Assembly: GCA_965226375.1 (NCBI GenBank)
Contig: CBDDCX010000006.1
Span: 128,001 to 192,000, forward strand
Direction of reading: 5' to 3'
Source: Longimicrobiales bacterium
GTDB taxonomy: Bacteria; Gemmatimonadota; Gemmatimonadetes; Longimicrobiales; Gaopeijiaceae
DNA length: 64,000 bases
Shown piece by piece: positions 9,354-19,212 of this stretch. Every line of letters starts with the position of its first letter. Position 1 is the first letter of the stretch. A model generated the notes under the pieces. The model was given only the letters and a program-made list of their open reading frames with translations, ran no database searches and was not told the DNA's origin. Both the position numbers and the translations under genes were made by a program.

Positions 9354-12035
9354 TTACTTTTTCCGCATGGCTGACATGGGATCGACCCGAGTGGCGCGGA
9401 ACGCCGGGATGTAGTTGGCCACCAGCGCCACCACCATCAGGGCCGCCGGCACACCGATGAACGTCACCGGATCTCGGGGGCTTATGCCGACCACCATGCT
9501 CTCCAGGACGGGACTCAGCAGGAGCGCTCCGACGATTCCGACCGCGGCTCCGGCGGTCATCAGCGTCCCGCCCTTGTAAAGCACCATGCGCAGCACGTCC
9601 CCTCGCTGGGCACCGAGTGCCATCCGCAGGCTGATCTCGGCCTTTCTCTCCGAGACCATATACGACATCACTCCGTAGATCCCCAGGCCCGCCATGACCA
9701 GCGCGAACACAGCGAAGGTCATCGCCAAAGTCAGGAGGGCGAGGCTGAACGACGAGCTATCGTATTTGTATTGCTCCATGGTGCGGACGTCGTCGACCGG
9801 TTGTGCCGGATCCACGGACCGGACGGCGTTCTTGATGCCGGCCAGGGCCTCCGTGGGCTCGCCGCGGGTGCGCGCGAGTAGTACCATGCGCCTCCGTGGC
9901 GTCTGCGAGAGTGGCAGGTAGATCTGCGGCACGTGCTCGATCGACGGACCGGGTCCGTACTCGGTCCCGCCTGCGATGCCGACGATGGTCAACCAGTCCT
10001 CCGACTCGGAGCTGGCGGGAAGGATCCGCTGCCCGATGGGGTTTTCACCGGGCCAGTACTTTTCCGCGGCGGCAAGGCTGACGATCACTACAGGCGGTGC
10101 CTCGCCATTGTCCTGGAGTTCGAGACTCCGTCCCCTGAGCAGCGGCACCCGCAGCACGTCGAGGTAGTCCCGGCTGATCACGGTCTCGACCGCCCGCGGC
10201 TGGTCCCGCTCGTCGACCACCGGCCTTCCCTCGATTTCGAACCGTGATCCTTGGGATGTGACGCCGGGCCGCGTGTTCACCAGAGCGATGCCTTCCACGT
10301 CGGGGAGGGCGACGGCTGTGGCCAGCAGTTCGTCGAAGAACTGTCGAGCCCGCTGGTCCTCGGCGTAACCGGACTCGGGCAAGTCCACGACCATGGACAG
10401 CACACCCGTGCCCTCGTATCCACGGTCGATCGTCTGGATCAGCAGGTTGGTTCGTGTAGACACGCCGGCCACCACCATGAGAATGAGGGCCAGGGCCATC
10501 TGCGAGATCACGAGTGCCCCCCGGAGGCGACCCCCCTTGCGGCCGCTCGCTCCCAAGACCCCGCCATCCTTCAGCGTGGCGCTGACGTCGGTGCGACTGC
10601 CCCGCAAGGCCGGAATCAATCCGAAGATGACGGGTGCCGCCAAGGTTACGATCAGGGGGAACGTCAGTACGTGGCGGTCGATTATGGCCGTCGTGAACAG
10701 CGCCTCCCGCCCGCGGGTGATCGCCACCAGCAGGCGCATCAGGCCATGGGCCATGGCCAAGCCCATCACCCCCGCCGACGTGGCCACGAGTACGCTCTCG
10801 GTCAGCAGTTGGCGGATGATACGGAGCCTGCTGGCACCAAGGGCCACGCGCACCGCCAACTCACGGCTACGGCCCGGGGACCGCGCGAGGAGCATGTTGG
10901 CCACGTTGGCGCAGGCGATCATGAGCACGAACCCGCCCGTCAGTCCCAACAGGAGCAGGATCGCGGGAAGCTCATCGCCCAGCAGCAGGGTCCGCGTGTC
11001 CACCACGTGCATATTCCAGTTGCCGTTGGTTTCCGGATAGAGCTCCGAGAGGTGCTCACCCAGGGCGGTTATGTCCTCGTCGGCTTGCTCGACCGTGACG
11101 CCCGGCAGGAGCCGCCCCGACACCAGGAGGGTTCTTGCTTCCCGATCGCCACCTGTCTCCGGTTCGTCGAGGGGCAGCCAAAGCCTTGCGAGGCCGAGGC
11201 TCGCGAACTCCATGCGCGACGATACGACCCCAACGATCGTGTGTTGGCTTCCGTCTATGCGAAGCGTCTGACCGAGGACGTCGGGATCGCCTCCGAAGCG
11301 TTCCTCCCAGAACCCGTAGGAAAGCAGAACGACGGGTGCCGCTCCGGGCCGATCCTCCCCCGGCAGAAAGTCGCGACCCAACGCCATCGGGACTCTCCAG
11401 TTGCCCAAGAAGTTGTCGGTGGCTTTGTGGATCGCCACTCGCTCGGGCTCGTCGCCACCCGTGAGAATGGCGTTCTCCATCATGAGCCCCGAGAGGCCTT
11501 CGAAGCTGCGTTGGTCCCGCCGAAGGTCCACCAGATCCTGGAAGCTTACTCCCTCTTGGAACTGGCCGGTGGCGGCATCGTTCATCGACAAGAACCCGAG
11601 CGTCTCGTCGTCCTGCATTGGCAGGTCCTGGAACGCCACGATGTTGACCAGGCTGAAAATCGCCGTGTTCACGCCGATGGCGAGAGCCAGGGCGAGTGCG
11701 GAGATGACCGCGTAGCCGGGGCTCTTCTTTAGGCTACGAAGGCCGTATCCGATATCCTGCCACAGGGTCTCCATCAGTAGACCGCCCTCCCTGGAGCGAG
11801 ACGAGCGTTCGCGAAACCGGAGCGTGAGGTTGGACTTGAACGACGACAGGACCTGTCGGCGGTACCAGCGGCGAGCCGTAACAACACCCTCGGCGTCTGC
11901 CAGGGTCCGGAACTCCTCGGCCAGGTCGCCGACTTGGTTGTCGCGATACCGACCGGGCAGGATCAGCGAGAGGATAACGCGGGCGAGCCTGGGTGGACTC
12001 GCTGGCGGGGGTGACCGATGCTTCCGGGTGTTCAT
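9354..12035 (-). CDS. Duplicated orphan ABC permease (ADOP-like) with N-terminal prefix domain
   Basis: PPRLA..GDLAEEF..ARRWYRRQ prefix, METLWQDIGYGLRSL, and C-terminal RATRVDPMSAMR. Confidence 0.92.
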   Translation of the reverse strand: MNTRKHRSPPPASPPRLARVILSLILPGRYRDNQVGDLAEEFRTLADAEGVVTARRWYRRQVLSSFKSNLTLRFRERSSRSREGGLLMETLWQDIGYGLRSLKKSPGYAVISALALALAIGVNTAIFSLVNIVAFQDLPMQDDETLGFLSMNDAATGQFQEGVSFQDLVDLRRDQRSFEGLSGLMMENAILTGGDEPERVAIHKATDNFLGNWRVPMALGRDFLPGEDRPGAAPVVLLSYGFWEERFGGDPDVLGQTLRIDGSQHTIVGVVSSRMEFASLGLARLWLPLDEPETGGDREARTLLVSGRLLPGVTVEQADEDITALGEHLSELYPETNGNWNMHVVDTRTLLLGDELPAILLLLGLTGGFVLMIACANVANMLLARSPGRSRELAVRVALGASRLRIIRQLLTESVLVATSAGVMGLAMAHGLMRLLVAITRGREALFTTAIIDRHVLTFPLIVTLAAPVIFGLIPALRGSRTDVSATLKDGGVLGASGRKGGRLRGALVISQMALALILMVVAGVSTRTNLLIQTIDRGYEGTGVLSMVVDLPESGYAEDQRARQFFDELLATAVALPDVEGIALVNTRPGVTSQGSRFEIEGRPVVDERDQPRAVETVISRDYLDVLRVPLLRGRSLELQDNGEAPPVVIVSLAAAEKYWPGENPIGQRILPASSESEDWLTIVGIAGGTEYGPGPSIEHVPQIYLPLSQTPRRRMVLLARTRGEPTEALAGIKNAVRSVDPAQPVDDVRTMEQYKYDSSSFSLALLTLAMTFAVFALVMAGLGIYGVMSYMVSERKAEISLRMALGAQRGDVLRMVLYKGGTLMTAGAAVGIVGALLLSPVLESMVVGISPRDPVTFIGVPAALMVVALVANYIPAFRATRVDPMSAMRKK

Positions 12036-12367
12036 AGCAGCCCCTCCGGATCCAGCTCCAGCTTCTCCCAGAAGCGGGCCAGGGTCTCACGGGCGTCAAC
12101 CAGCGCCTCCAGCCCCGGGGGGCGGAGTTCGTAGAAGCGCTTTGCGCGGCCTCCGCGCTCTGGGGTCGGGCTGCCCACGTCCGATCGGATGAGCCCTTTG
12201 CGCTCCATGCGGTCGAGGGCGGCGTAGACTGATCCGATGGATACGGGTCGCTCGGATCGCTCCTCGATCTCGTTACGGATGGCCACCCCGTAGGCGCCCG
12301 CTTTCAAACGTGCCACGGCCAGGAGTGTGATCTGCTCGAACTCGCCGAGAAAGGCGCTGTGAGGCAT
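12032..12367 (-). CDS. PadR-family transcriptional regulator
   Basis: LGEFEQITLLAV..AYGVAI..SIGSVYAALDRME..RGGRAKRFY. Its stop overlaps the permease ATG. Confidence 0.92.
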   Translation of the reverse strand: MPHSAFLGEFEQITLLAVARLKAGAYGVAIRNEIEERSERPVSIGSVYAALDRMERKGLIRSDVGSPTPERGGRAKRFYELRPPGLEALVDARETLARFWEKLELDPEGLL

Positions 12368-12533
12368 GGTTCCTCAATTTAATCATGGTCCGTGAAGATA
12401 TCCCTGAAGAGTCCTACGGGAGTGTCGACGAAAGAGTTTCACACGTTGGCCCACGATGTGCCCGGCCGTAAACTATACGCCTTGCTTCGTACCTTTCATG
12501 GGCTTGTTTCGCACTGTCGACCGGATAGATGAG

Positions 12534-14108
12534 ATGAAGACGGGATTGGCGTTGTGGGTTGGGGTCGTGGTGTCGGTATCCTCCGCCTGTGCCCAGGAGT
12601 CCGGCGTGACGCCGTCCACCTCGGAGGTAAGCCTGGCGCCCCTGACGGTGGATGTGCTGGAAGCGGCGGCGTCCATCACGCCGGACGACTATCTCCGGAA
12701 GATCTCGGTCATCGCCCACGACAGCATGGGAGGACGCGATACGCCTAGTCCCGGGCTGGAGATGACGGCAGCATGGATCGCTAGCGAGTTCGAGCGGCTC
12801 GGGCTGACTCCGGGGGGGGACGACGGCGGCTACATTCAGCGCTACGCCATCCAGAGTGTGGGTCCGGATATCGTCGCTTCTTCAGCTGAGGTGAGTGGGG
12901 GCGGGGAGTTGAGGTTCGGCCGCGACCTGATGACGTCCTTCGGGGCTGCCGAAGGAGACGCCGAGGGCGAAGTCGTGGTCCTGGCCGGCACCGGGAGCGT
13001 GACCCCGGAGATCGGCGCGGCGGTCAATGGCAAGCATGTAATCGTGGCGTCCTTACCCGCCGGGGTCGACCGAAGCAGCTTTCGTTTCGTGTCCAACCTC
13101 CGACGGGAAGGGGCACTCTCCGTGCTCGTAGCCACAGACAAGTCGGATCGTGACTGGAACCGGAGCGTTGAGAGCCTGACGAACATCTCCAGCGTTCGCG
13201 TGGGCTTCAACGGGGGTGGATCACGCGGACTGACTCTCGAAGTCCGAGACCGGGCCATCGAGCCGATCCTCGCGGCCTACGGCGTCGACCTCATGTCGGC
13301 TCGCGATCGTCGGGGCGTCACCGTCTCGGATGCCCCGGGACTGATCCTGAGTTTGTCCTCGAACGTCCGGGTCATCGACGACGACTCGGCACCCAATGTG
13401 GTGGGCATCATCGAAGGGAGCGATCCGGAGCTCAAGGACGAGTACGTGGTGTTCAGCGCCCACATGGACCACATCGGCATCGGGTCACCGAACGCCGAAG
13501 GGGACAGCATCAACAACGGCGCGGACGACGATGCGTCGGGAACCACCGCGATTCTCGAGCTTGCCGAGGCCTACGCGAGCATGGTCACCAGGCCCAAGCG
13601 TTCCATGATCTTCCTGGCCGTGAGCGGGGAGGAGAAGGGCTTATGGGGCAGTGAGTACTTCGCGAACAACCCACCGGTGCCGGTCGACCGCATGGTGGCG
13701 AATCTGAACGCTGATATGATTGGGCGGAACTGGTCGGACACCATCGTGGTCATCGGCAAGGAGCATTCTGACCTGGGGGCGACCATGAATCAGGTCAACG
13801 GAGCCCATCCGGAGCTCGATATGACCGCCATCGACGACATCTGGCCGGACCAACGATTCTACTTCCGATCGGACCACTTCAACTTTGCGCAGAAGGGAGT
13901 GCCGATCCTGTTCTTCTTCAACGGCACCCACGAGGACTACCATGGGGTGAACGACGAGGTGGACCGGATCGACATCGACAAGGCGTCGAGGATCACCAAG
14001 CTCTTGTTCTTCCTGGGCTACGAAGTGGCCGAGCGGACGGAGCGGCCGCAGTGGAACCCGGAAAGCCGCAGCCAGATCGTGTCCGACGGGCAGTGGGACG
14101 AGGGGTAG
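12534..14108 (+). CDS. M28-family aminopeptidase, probable lipoprotein
   Basis: Zinc motifs SAHMDH, NGADDDASG, GEEKGLWGS, RSDH and DYH. Lipobox-like SSAC follows a hydrophobic stretch. Confidence 0.9.
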   Translation: MKTGLALWVGVVVSVSSACAQESGVTPSTSEVSLAPLTVDVLEAAASITPDDYLRKISVIAHDSMGGRDTPSPGLEMTAAWIASEFERLGLTPGGDDGGYIQRYAIQSVGPDIVASSAEVSGGGELRFGRDLMTSFGAAEGDAEGEVVVLAGTGSVTPEIGAAVNGKHVIVASLPAGVDRSSFRFVSNLRREGALSVLVATDKSDRDWNRSVESLTNISSVRVGFNGGGSRGLTLEVRDRAIEPILAAYGVDLMSARDRRGVTVSDAPGLILSLSSNVRVIDDDSAPNVVGIIEGSDPELKDEYVVFSAHMDHIGIGSPNAEGDSINNGADDDASGTTAILELAEAYASMVTRPKRSMIFLAVSGEEKGLWGSEYFANNPPVPVDRMVANLNADMIGRNWSDTIVVIGKEHSDLGATMNQVNGAHPELDMTAIDDIWPDQRFYFRSDHFNFAQKGVPILFFFNGTHEDYHGVNDEVDRIDIDKASRITKLLFFLGYEVAERTERPQWNPESRSQIVSDGQWDEG

Positions 14109-14187
14109 AACGTCGAATCCCTGTCAATATGCGGCCCTGACACTCGGAATTCTGACCCGTTTTTTGGGCATGTTGGTCCGAAATGCG

Positions 14188-14227
14188 AAAAAAAAGCCCT
14201 TCGCCGTTGCTCGGCGAAGGGCTTTTT
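14188..14227. terminator. Bidirectional intrinsic terminator
   Basis: A8-GCCCTTCGCCG-ttgct-CGGCGAAGGGC-T5 perfect stem between convergent genes. Confidence 0.85.
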
Positions 14228-14241
14228 CCCCGACAGGGCCC

Positions 14242-14556
14242 CTAGTTGGGTTGATCTCCCAATAAGGGGACACATACGAAGAGGTCATCCAGACCCAGGG
14301 CCTTCAGGAGACGCCACGCTCCCTCGGGAAGGTCCACCAGCCAAACCTGTCGATTCTCCGAGCCGGCGATCTGCTGCGCCGTGAGAAGCATCGTAAGTCC
14401 AGCTAGGTCAAGGATTTGCGTCCCGTGGAAATCGATTACCAGATCGAGCTCCGGGGGCGTCTCGAGGGGTGCGGTCTCTGTGGGCTCGGTGGCGACAACC
14501 GGCATGTTAGCCGGAAGCTGCCGACCCCACCTGTTGCTATCGTGCCCGTTCATCAT
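14242..14556 (-). CDS. STAS-domain protein (anti-anti-sigma-like)
   Basis: LVIDFHGTQILDLAGLTMLL..LLKALGLDDLF pattern with a GGAGG RBS. Confidence 0.75.
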   Translation of the reverse strand: MMNGHDSNRWGRQLPANMPVVATEPTETAPLETPPELDLVIDFHGTQILDLAGLTMLLTAQQIAGSENRQVWLVDLPEGAWRLLKALGLDDLFVCVPLLGDQPN

Positions 14557-14742
14557 GACCTCCTCGCGTCGTTGGGCGGGCGCCGTCGCGGCGGCCGCCC
14601 CACCATATCTCGTATCAAGAGTCGTGCCTAACTGTACGCGGTAGCGGCACGCGCATTGCCGTAGTGCATCGCGGATGCGCCATTCGGGTAGGAGATTGCG
14701 GAGCGGAGTCCGCCCGGAGGCGACCTCGGTCGGGAGAGATTC

Positions 14743-15297
14743 ATGGGCTCAGTCGTGAAAGCCATATTGGGAGCACTTCTGGTGACGTGCGTGGTGCCTT
14801 CGTCTTCAGACGCACAGCGTCGGGGACCCGACAACGCTGCCGTTTATGCGTACTACCGGACGGTCGGCCAGGCCTTCTCGGTCTCGTTGGAAGAGATGGG
14901 GATTCTGGGAGAATGGCGGTTGCCGCCCGAAGAGATCACGGTGGTCCTCTTCCTGTCGAGGCGTGCGGGTGTGTCGCCCGACGCGATCGCCACTCAGCGG
15001 GACGCTGGAGCGCCCTGGTCGACCATAGCCCAACGATACGGTGTGGGTGCCGGCGTCTTCCGCATCGCCTTTCCTCCGGGCACCAGCCTGGGCTCGCTGG
15101 AGGACACCTATCGGAGCTTTACCGAAACGCCACGCGATTCCTGGGCCACGATCGTTATTGAGGACCGGGCCTTGGTGGCGCTTGTGAACATTCGCATTCT
15201 CTCCAACCAACTCGGCGTCCCCGCCGCCGATGTGCTCGCCACCTGGGAGCGCACTGGTAATCTGGTGCTGGTCCACGAACAACTCACGAGCAGCTAA
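14743..15297 (+). CDS. Secreted hypothetical protein
   Basis: Signal peptide (..SSSDA-Q), GGAG RBS, and only 1 bp separates it from the next gene. Confidence 0.7.
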   Translation: MGSVVKAILGALLVTCVVPSSSDAQRRGPDNAAVYAYYRTVGQAFSVSLEEMGILGEWRLPPEEITVVLFLSRRAGVSPDAIATQRDAGAPWSTIAQRYGVGAGVFRIAFPPGTSLGSLEDTYRSFTETPRDSWATIVIEDRALVALVNIRILSNQLGVPAADVLATWERTGNLVLVHEQLTSS

Positions 15298-15298
15298 C

Positions 15299-17242
15299 AT
15301 GGGTCAAGATCTCGTCCCCGAGCGGGGGAGCGAAGCGATCCGGTCTTTCACCAAGGCCCTTCTCACCGACCTGAGGGCGCTGGAGAAGATGCTGGCCGAT
15401 GGAATGATCGAGTCGGGCGTCCGCCGCTTCGGTTGCGAGCAGGAGATTTTTCTGGTCGACCACGCTTGGCGACCTGCACCTGTGGCTCTGCAAATCCTCG
15501 ATCTCCTCGATGAGGATAACTTCACGACGGAGTTGGCTCAGTTCAATCTGGAGATGAACATCGAGCCCATGATGCTGGAGGGTGGTTGCTTCAGCGGGCT
15601 GCAGGCGCGTATCGAGGAGCTGTTGGGCTTGGTTCGTACGGCGGCCCAGGAGGTCGGGGCGGAGGTGGTTCTTTCCGGCATCCTTCCCACCCTGACCAAG
15701 TCCGATCTGACCCTGGACAACATCACGCCCAAGGCCCGGTACTACGCTCTGAACGAAGCCTTGACCAAGATGCGAGGGGGAGACTACCGACTTCAGATCG
15801 AAGGACGGGACGAGCTTCAGGTCGAGCACGACTCGGTCATGCTCGAGGCGTGTAACACGAGTTGCCAGGTCCACCTCCAGGTCGATGCCGGCGACTTTGC
15901 GGCCATGTACAACATGTCGCAGGCCGTCATGGGGCCGGTCGTGGCCGCCGCGGTGAATTCCCCGCTTCTTTTCGGAAAGCGGCTCTGGGCCGAGACCCGC
16001 ATCGCCCTTTTTCAGCAATCCCTGGATACGCGGAGCACGACCGTCCATCTCCGGGAGTTCAGCCCCAGAGTGCGCTTTGGCGAGAGGTGGGTAAAGGACT
16101 CGGTCACGGAGCTGTTCCAGGAGGACATCGCGAACTTCAGGGTGCTGCTGGCCGAGGACTTCGGGGAGGATCCGTTCGGGCAGCTTGAGGCGGGCACGGT
16201 GCCGAAGCTGAAGACGCTCCAACTCCACAACAGTACGGTCTACCGCTGGAATCGGCCCTGCTACGGAATCTCCGAGGGTAAGCCGCACCTGCGGATCGAA
16301 TGCCGCGCTCTACCTGCCGGACCCACCGTTCTGGACGAAGTGGCTAACGCGGTATTTTGGATCGGGCTCGTGAGGGGCGCCCATGCAGAGTACGGTGACA
16401 TTACCGAGCGACTCGACTTCGACGAGGCCAAGTACAATTTCCTGACGGCGTCCAGGCACGGACTGAACGCGGGCTTCCATTGGATCGACGGTGAGCAGGT
16501 GAGCGCTCCCGAGCTCATTCTCGGGGCTTTGCTTCCTTTGGCGCGGTCCGGCCTGGAGGGCCGGGTCCATGGGTCCGACCTGGACAAGTATCTGGGGGTG
16601 ATTGAGAAGCGCGTCGAGAGTCGACGTACCGGTTCGGACTGGACGATTCGATCGCTACAGGAGATGAAGGATAGCGGCACCCGCTCCGAGCGGCTGGCCG
16701 CGCTCACCGCGGCTACGTTGCGCAATCAGAAGGGCCGCAAGCCGGTACACGAGTGGGAACTGGCCAAGTTGGAGGAGGCCGGCGGCTGGACCATGAACTA
16801 CACCAAGGTGGAACAGTACATGACCACCCAACTCTTTACGGTCCAGGAAGACGAGCTGTTGGAGATGGTGGCCTTCCTCATGGATCGGAAGCAGATCAGG
16901 CACGTGCCCGTAGAAGACGACCAGCACCGCCTGGTTGGTCTGGTGTCGTATCGATCTATCTTGAGGATGGTTTCCGAGTTCGGTAGCGAGGGGGTCAGCG
17001 AGGCCGTGCCGGTCAACTCGATCATGGACAGGGATCCGCTGACCGTGACACCCGAGACACCGACGCTTGACGCCATCGATATCATGCGGGAGAACGGAGT
17101 GTCTTGCTTGCCGGTGGTGAATGATGGAAAGCTGGTGGGGCTCGTGACTGAGGCGGACTTCATGCCCATCGCGTATCAGCTACTTTATAGCAAACTGACG
17201 GAGGAACAGCACACAGCCAGTGACACAGCATTTGGCGATTGA
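15299..17242 (+). CDS. Glutamate-cysteine ligase-like (GCS2/carboxylate-amine ligase) enzyme with C-terminal CBS pair
   Basis: GCEQE, TTELAQFNLEMN, CNTSCQVHLQV, NSPLLFGKRLWAETRI, YRWNRPCY and HLRIECR motifs. C-terminal CBS repeats IRHVPV..LVGLVS and VSCLPVV..LVGLVTEAD. Confidence 0.85.
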   Translation: MGQDLVPERGSEAIRSFTKALLTDLRALEKMLADGMIESGVRRFGCEQEIFLVDHAWRPAPVALQILDLLDEDNFTTELAQFNLEMNIEPMMLEGGCFSGLQARIEELLGLVRTAAQEVGAEVVLSGILPTLTKSDLTLDNITPKARYYALNEALTKMRGGDYRLQIEGRDELQVEHDSVMLEACNTSCQVHLQVDAGDFAAMYNMSQAVMGPVVAAAVNSPLLFGKRLWAETRIALFQQSLDTRSTTVHLREFSPRVRFGERWVKDSVTELFQEDIANFRVLLAEDFGEDPFGQLEAGTVPKLKTLQLHNSTVYRWNRPCYGISEGKPHLRIECRALPAGPTVLDEVANAVFWIGLVRGAHAEYGDITERLDFDEAKYNFLTASRHGLNAGFHWIDGEQVSAPELILGALLPLARSGLEGRVHGSDLDKYLGVIEKRVESRRTGSDWTIRSLQEMKDSGTRSERLAALTAATLRNQKGRKPVHEWELAKLEEAGGWTMNYTKVEQYMTTQLFTVQEDELLEMVAFLMDRKQIRHVPVEDDQHRLVGLVSYRSILRMVSEFGSEGVSEAVPVNSIMDRDPLTVTPETPTLDAIDIMRENGVSCLPVVNDGKLVGLVTEADFMPIAYQLLYSKLTEEQHTASDTAFGD

Positions 17243-18407
17243 CGGGAGTTCGACCGTTCGACGAGGTGACGTCGAGCGGGTTTTGGGTCGAGTTCGGGGT
17301 GTACGTCCGGGCCCGACCCTAATCTGTGTCGGTGGCATGCATGGCAACGAGCCGGCCGGGGTTGAGGGGCTTCAGAGGGTTCTACAAGCTCTCGACGACT
17401 CCGACGGCGCCGTTTGCGGTGATCTGGTCGCTTTGGCCGGCAACCTGACCGCCCTCTCACGTGGCCGTCGCTTCATAGGGCGAGACTTGAACCGGGCCTG
17501 GGGCAGCGACCGTATGCATTCTCTGATGGAGAATGGCTGTCCGTTGGAGTCCTGCCCTGAGGACCACGAACAGATCGAGCTGCTCCGAGCTTTGGATCAT
17601 GCGGTGGCCGAGTCCCGCGGACCCGTGTACGTGTTGGACCTCCACACCACGTCCGGCGGCGGCGGTGCTTTCACCACGGCGAGTAATACCCTCCGCAACC
17701 GCGAATTCGCGTTGAGCCTCGAGGTCCCCTTTATTCTCGGGCTCGAAGAGCTCGTGGACGGGACCATGCTCGAGTATATGGGCCGGAGGGGGTTCGTCGC
17801 TGCGCTCTTCGAGGGGGGGCAGCACGATGAACCCTCGGCCGTCGACCGGGTGGAGGCGGCGGTGTGGATCGCCCTGGAGGCCGCGGGGCTCATCCCCGAA
17901 GACAAGGTTCCCCAGGTCGAGGAGGGCCGGAAGCGGCTTTCCCGCGAGGTGACCGGCAAGCCGCCCGTGTTGGAGGTGCGGTATAAGTACGGCATCGAGC
18001 CGGGGAGCCGGTTCCTCATGAAGCCCGGCTACGAGAATTTCAGACCGGTGATCGGCGGAGAGGTGATCGGAAGCAACGGCGGAGGTGAGGTGTGCTCTCC
18101 TGTGGCCGGCCGCATCCTCATGCCGCTCTACCAGGAGCAGGGTGAGGACGGATTCTTCATCGTGCGGTCGGTCCACCCCATTTGGCTGACGATCTCTTCG
18201 ATACTCAGGCACCTGGGAGTCGATCGCATCGTTCACTGGCTTCCGGGCGTGCGGCGTCACGCCACTCGGCCCGGCGCACTCGTCGCCGACAAGCGCGTGG
18301 CCCGCTGGTACGCTCTGGAGATCTTCCACCTCCTGGGTTATCGGAAGAAGAGGGAAGAGGGGGACCGCCTGGTCGTGGACCGTCGTGGAGAGCACTCGAT
18401 TCAATAG
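17220..18407 (+). CDS. Succinylglutamate desuccinylase/aspartoacylase (M14-like) family zinc hydrolase
   Basis: GGMHGNEPAG, RFIGRDLNRAW, LDLHTTS and FEGGQH motifs. Confidence 0.88.
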   Translation: MTQHLAIDGSSTVRRGDVERVLGRVRGVRPGPTLICVGGMHGNEPAGVEGLQRVLQALDDSDGAVCGDLVALAGNLTALSRGRRFIGRDLNRAWGSDRMHSLMENGCPLESCPEDHEQIELLRALDHAVAESRGPVYVLDLHTTSGGGGAFTTASNTLRNREFALSLEVPFILGLEELVDGTMLEYMGRRGFVAALFEGGQHDEPSAVDRVEAAVWIALEAAGLIPEDKVPQVEEGRKRLSREVTGKPPVLEVRYKYGIEPGSRFLMKPGYENFRPVIGGEVIGSNGGGEVCSPVAGRILMPLYQEQGEDGFFIVRSVHPIWLTISSILRHLGVDRIVHWLPGVRRHATRPGALVADKRVARWYALEIFHLLGYRKKREEGDRLVVDRRGEHSIQ

Positions 18408-18435
18408 AAGGCTCTTGAAGAGGTGAGGCCGAGCC

Positions 18436-19128
18436 ATGTGCGGTCGTTATACCCTGTCGACACCCATGGACCATCTGGTTGAGGTCTTCGACGTTCCTCC
18501 GGTGACTTTCGACCACGAGCCGCGCTACAACATCACCCCCACACAGCAGGCTCCTGTGGTGGCCTCGGATCGACGGGGCGATCGGATGGGGCTGATGCGC
18601 TGGGGTCTGGTGCCGTCCTGGGCCAAGGACGTGGCCATCGGTTCCCGCATGATCAACGCCCGGGCTGAAACCCTTCGGACCAAGCCGGCTTTCAAGGAGG
18701 CAGTGGTCGCTCGCCGCTGTCTGGTCCCCGCGGACGGCTTCTACGAGTGGGTAAAGGAGGGCTCGGGCAAGGTCCCGTATTGGATTCACGACCCGGAGCG
18801 CGCACCGTTGAGCCTGGCCGGACTCTGGGAACGCTGGGGGGGCGGAGGGTGGCAGGAGCCGGGGGGGCCGGAGTCCGAGGGAACGGAGTCTGTCTACACC
18901 TTCACGATCATCACGGTGGAACCTAACGAGACGGTTCGCCCACTCCACGATCGAATGCCCGCCATCGTGCCATCGGCGGACCGGGGGATTTGGCTCGACA
19001 GGACCACACGGACCGAGAACGCTCTTGAGATCCTCAGACCCTACCAGGGCGAACTGGCCGCGTACCCGGTATCGAAGCTGGTGAACTCCCCGGCCAACGA
19101 CGACGTCGAGTGCATTGAGCCCGTCTGA
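18436..19128 (+). CDS. SRAP/HMCES (YedK-like) abasic-site-protecting protein
   Basis: N-terminal MCGRY, INARAETL, RCLVPADGFYEW, HDRMP and VSKLVNSP. Confidence 0.93.
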   Translation: MCGRYTLSTPMDHLVEVFDVPPVTFDHEPRYNITPTQQAPVVASDRRGDRMGLMRWGLVPSWAKDVAIGSRMINARAETLRTKPAFKEAVVARRCLVPADGFYEWVKEGSGKVPYWIHDPERAPLSLAGLWERWGGGGWQEPGGPESEGTESVYTFTIITVEPNETVRPLHDRMPAIVPSADRGIWLDRTTRTENALEILRPYQGELAAYPVSKLVNSPANDDVECIEPV

Positions 19129-19212
19129 TCTCCGAGATTGGCGCCGCCACCCGCGACCCGGTGGTTGATCGCACGAGGGGTCCGCAACGGACCGATACGC
19201 TGCCCAGGGCAC

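Noticed and set aside
10251..11732. Long antisense ORFs over permeases, mutS, the ligase and M16 genes
   Set aside because: Expected shadows of GC-rich codon usage, with no motifs or RBS.
12400..12525. Two TGTCGAC sites upstream of padR as an operator
   Set aside because: GTCGAC is very frequent in this sequence and no convincing palindrome is shared with the other PadR loci.
18436..19128. SRAP gene as the cause of the neighbouring fragment mosaic
   Set aside because: Adjacency only. Similar scars occur far from it.
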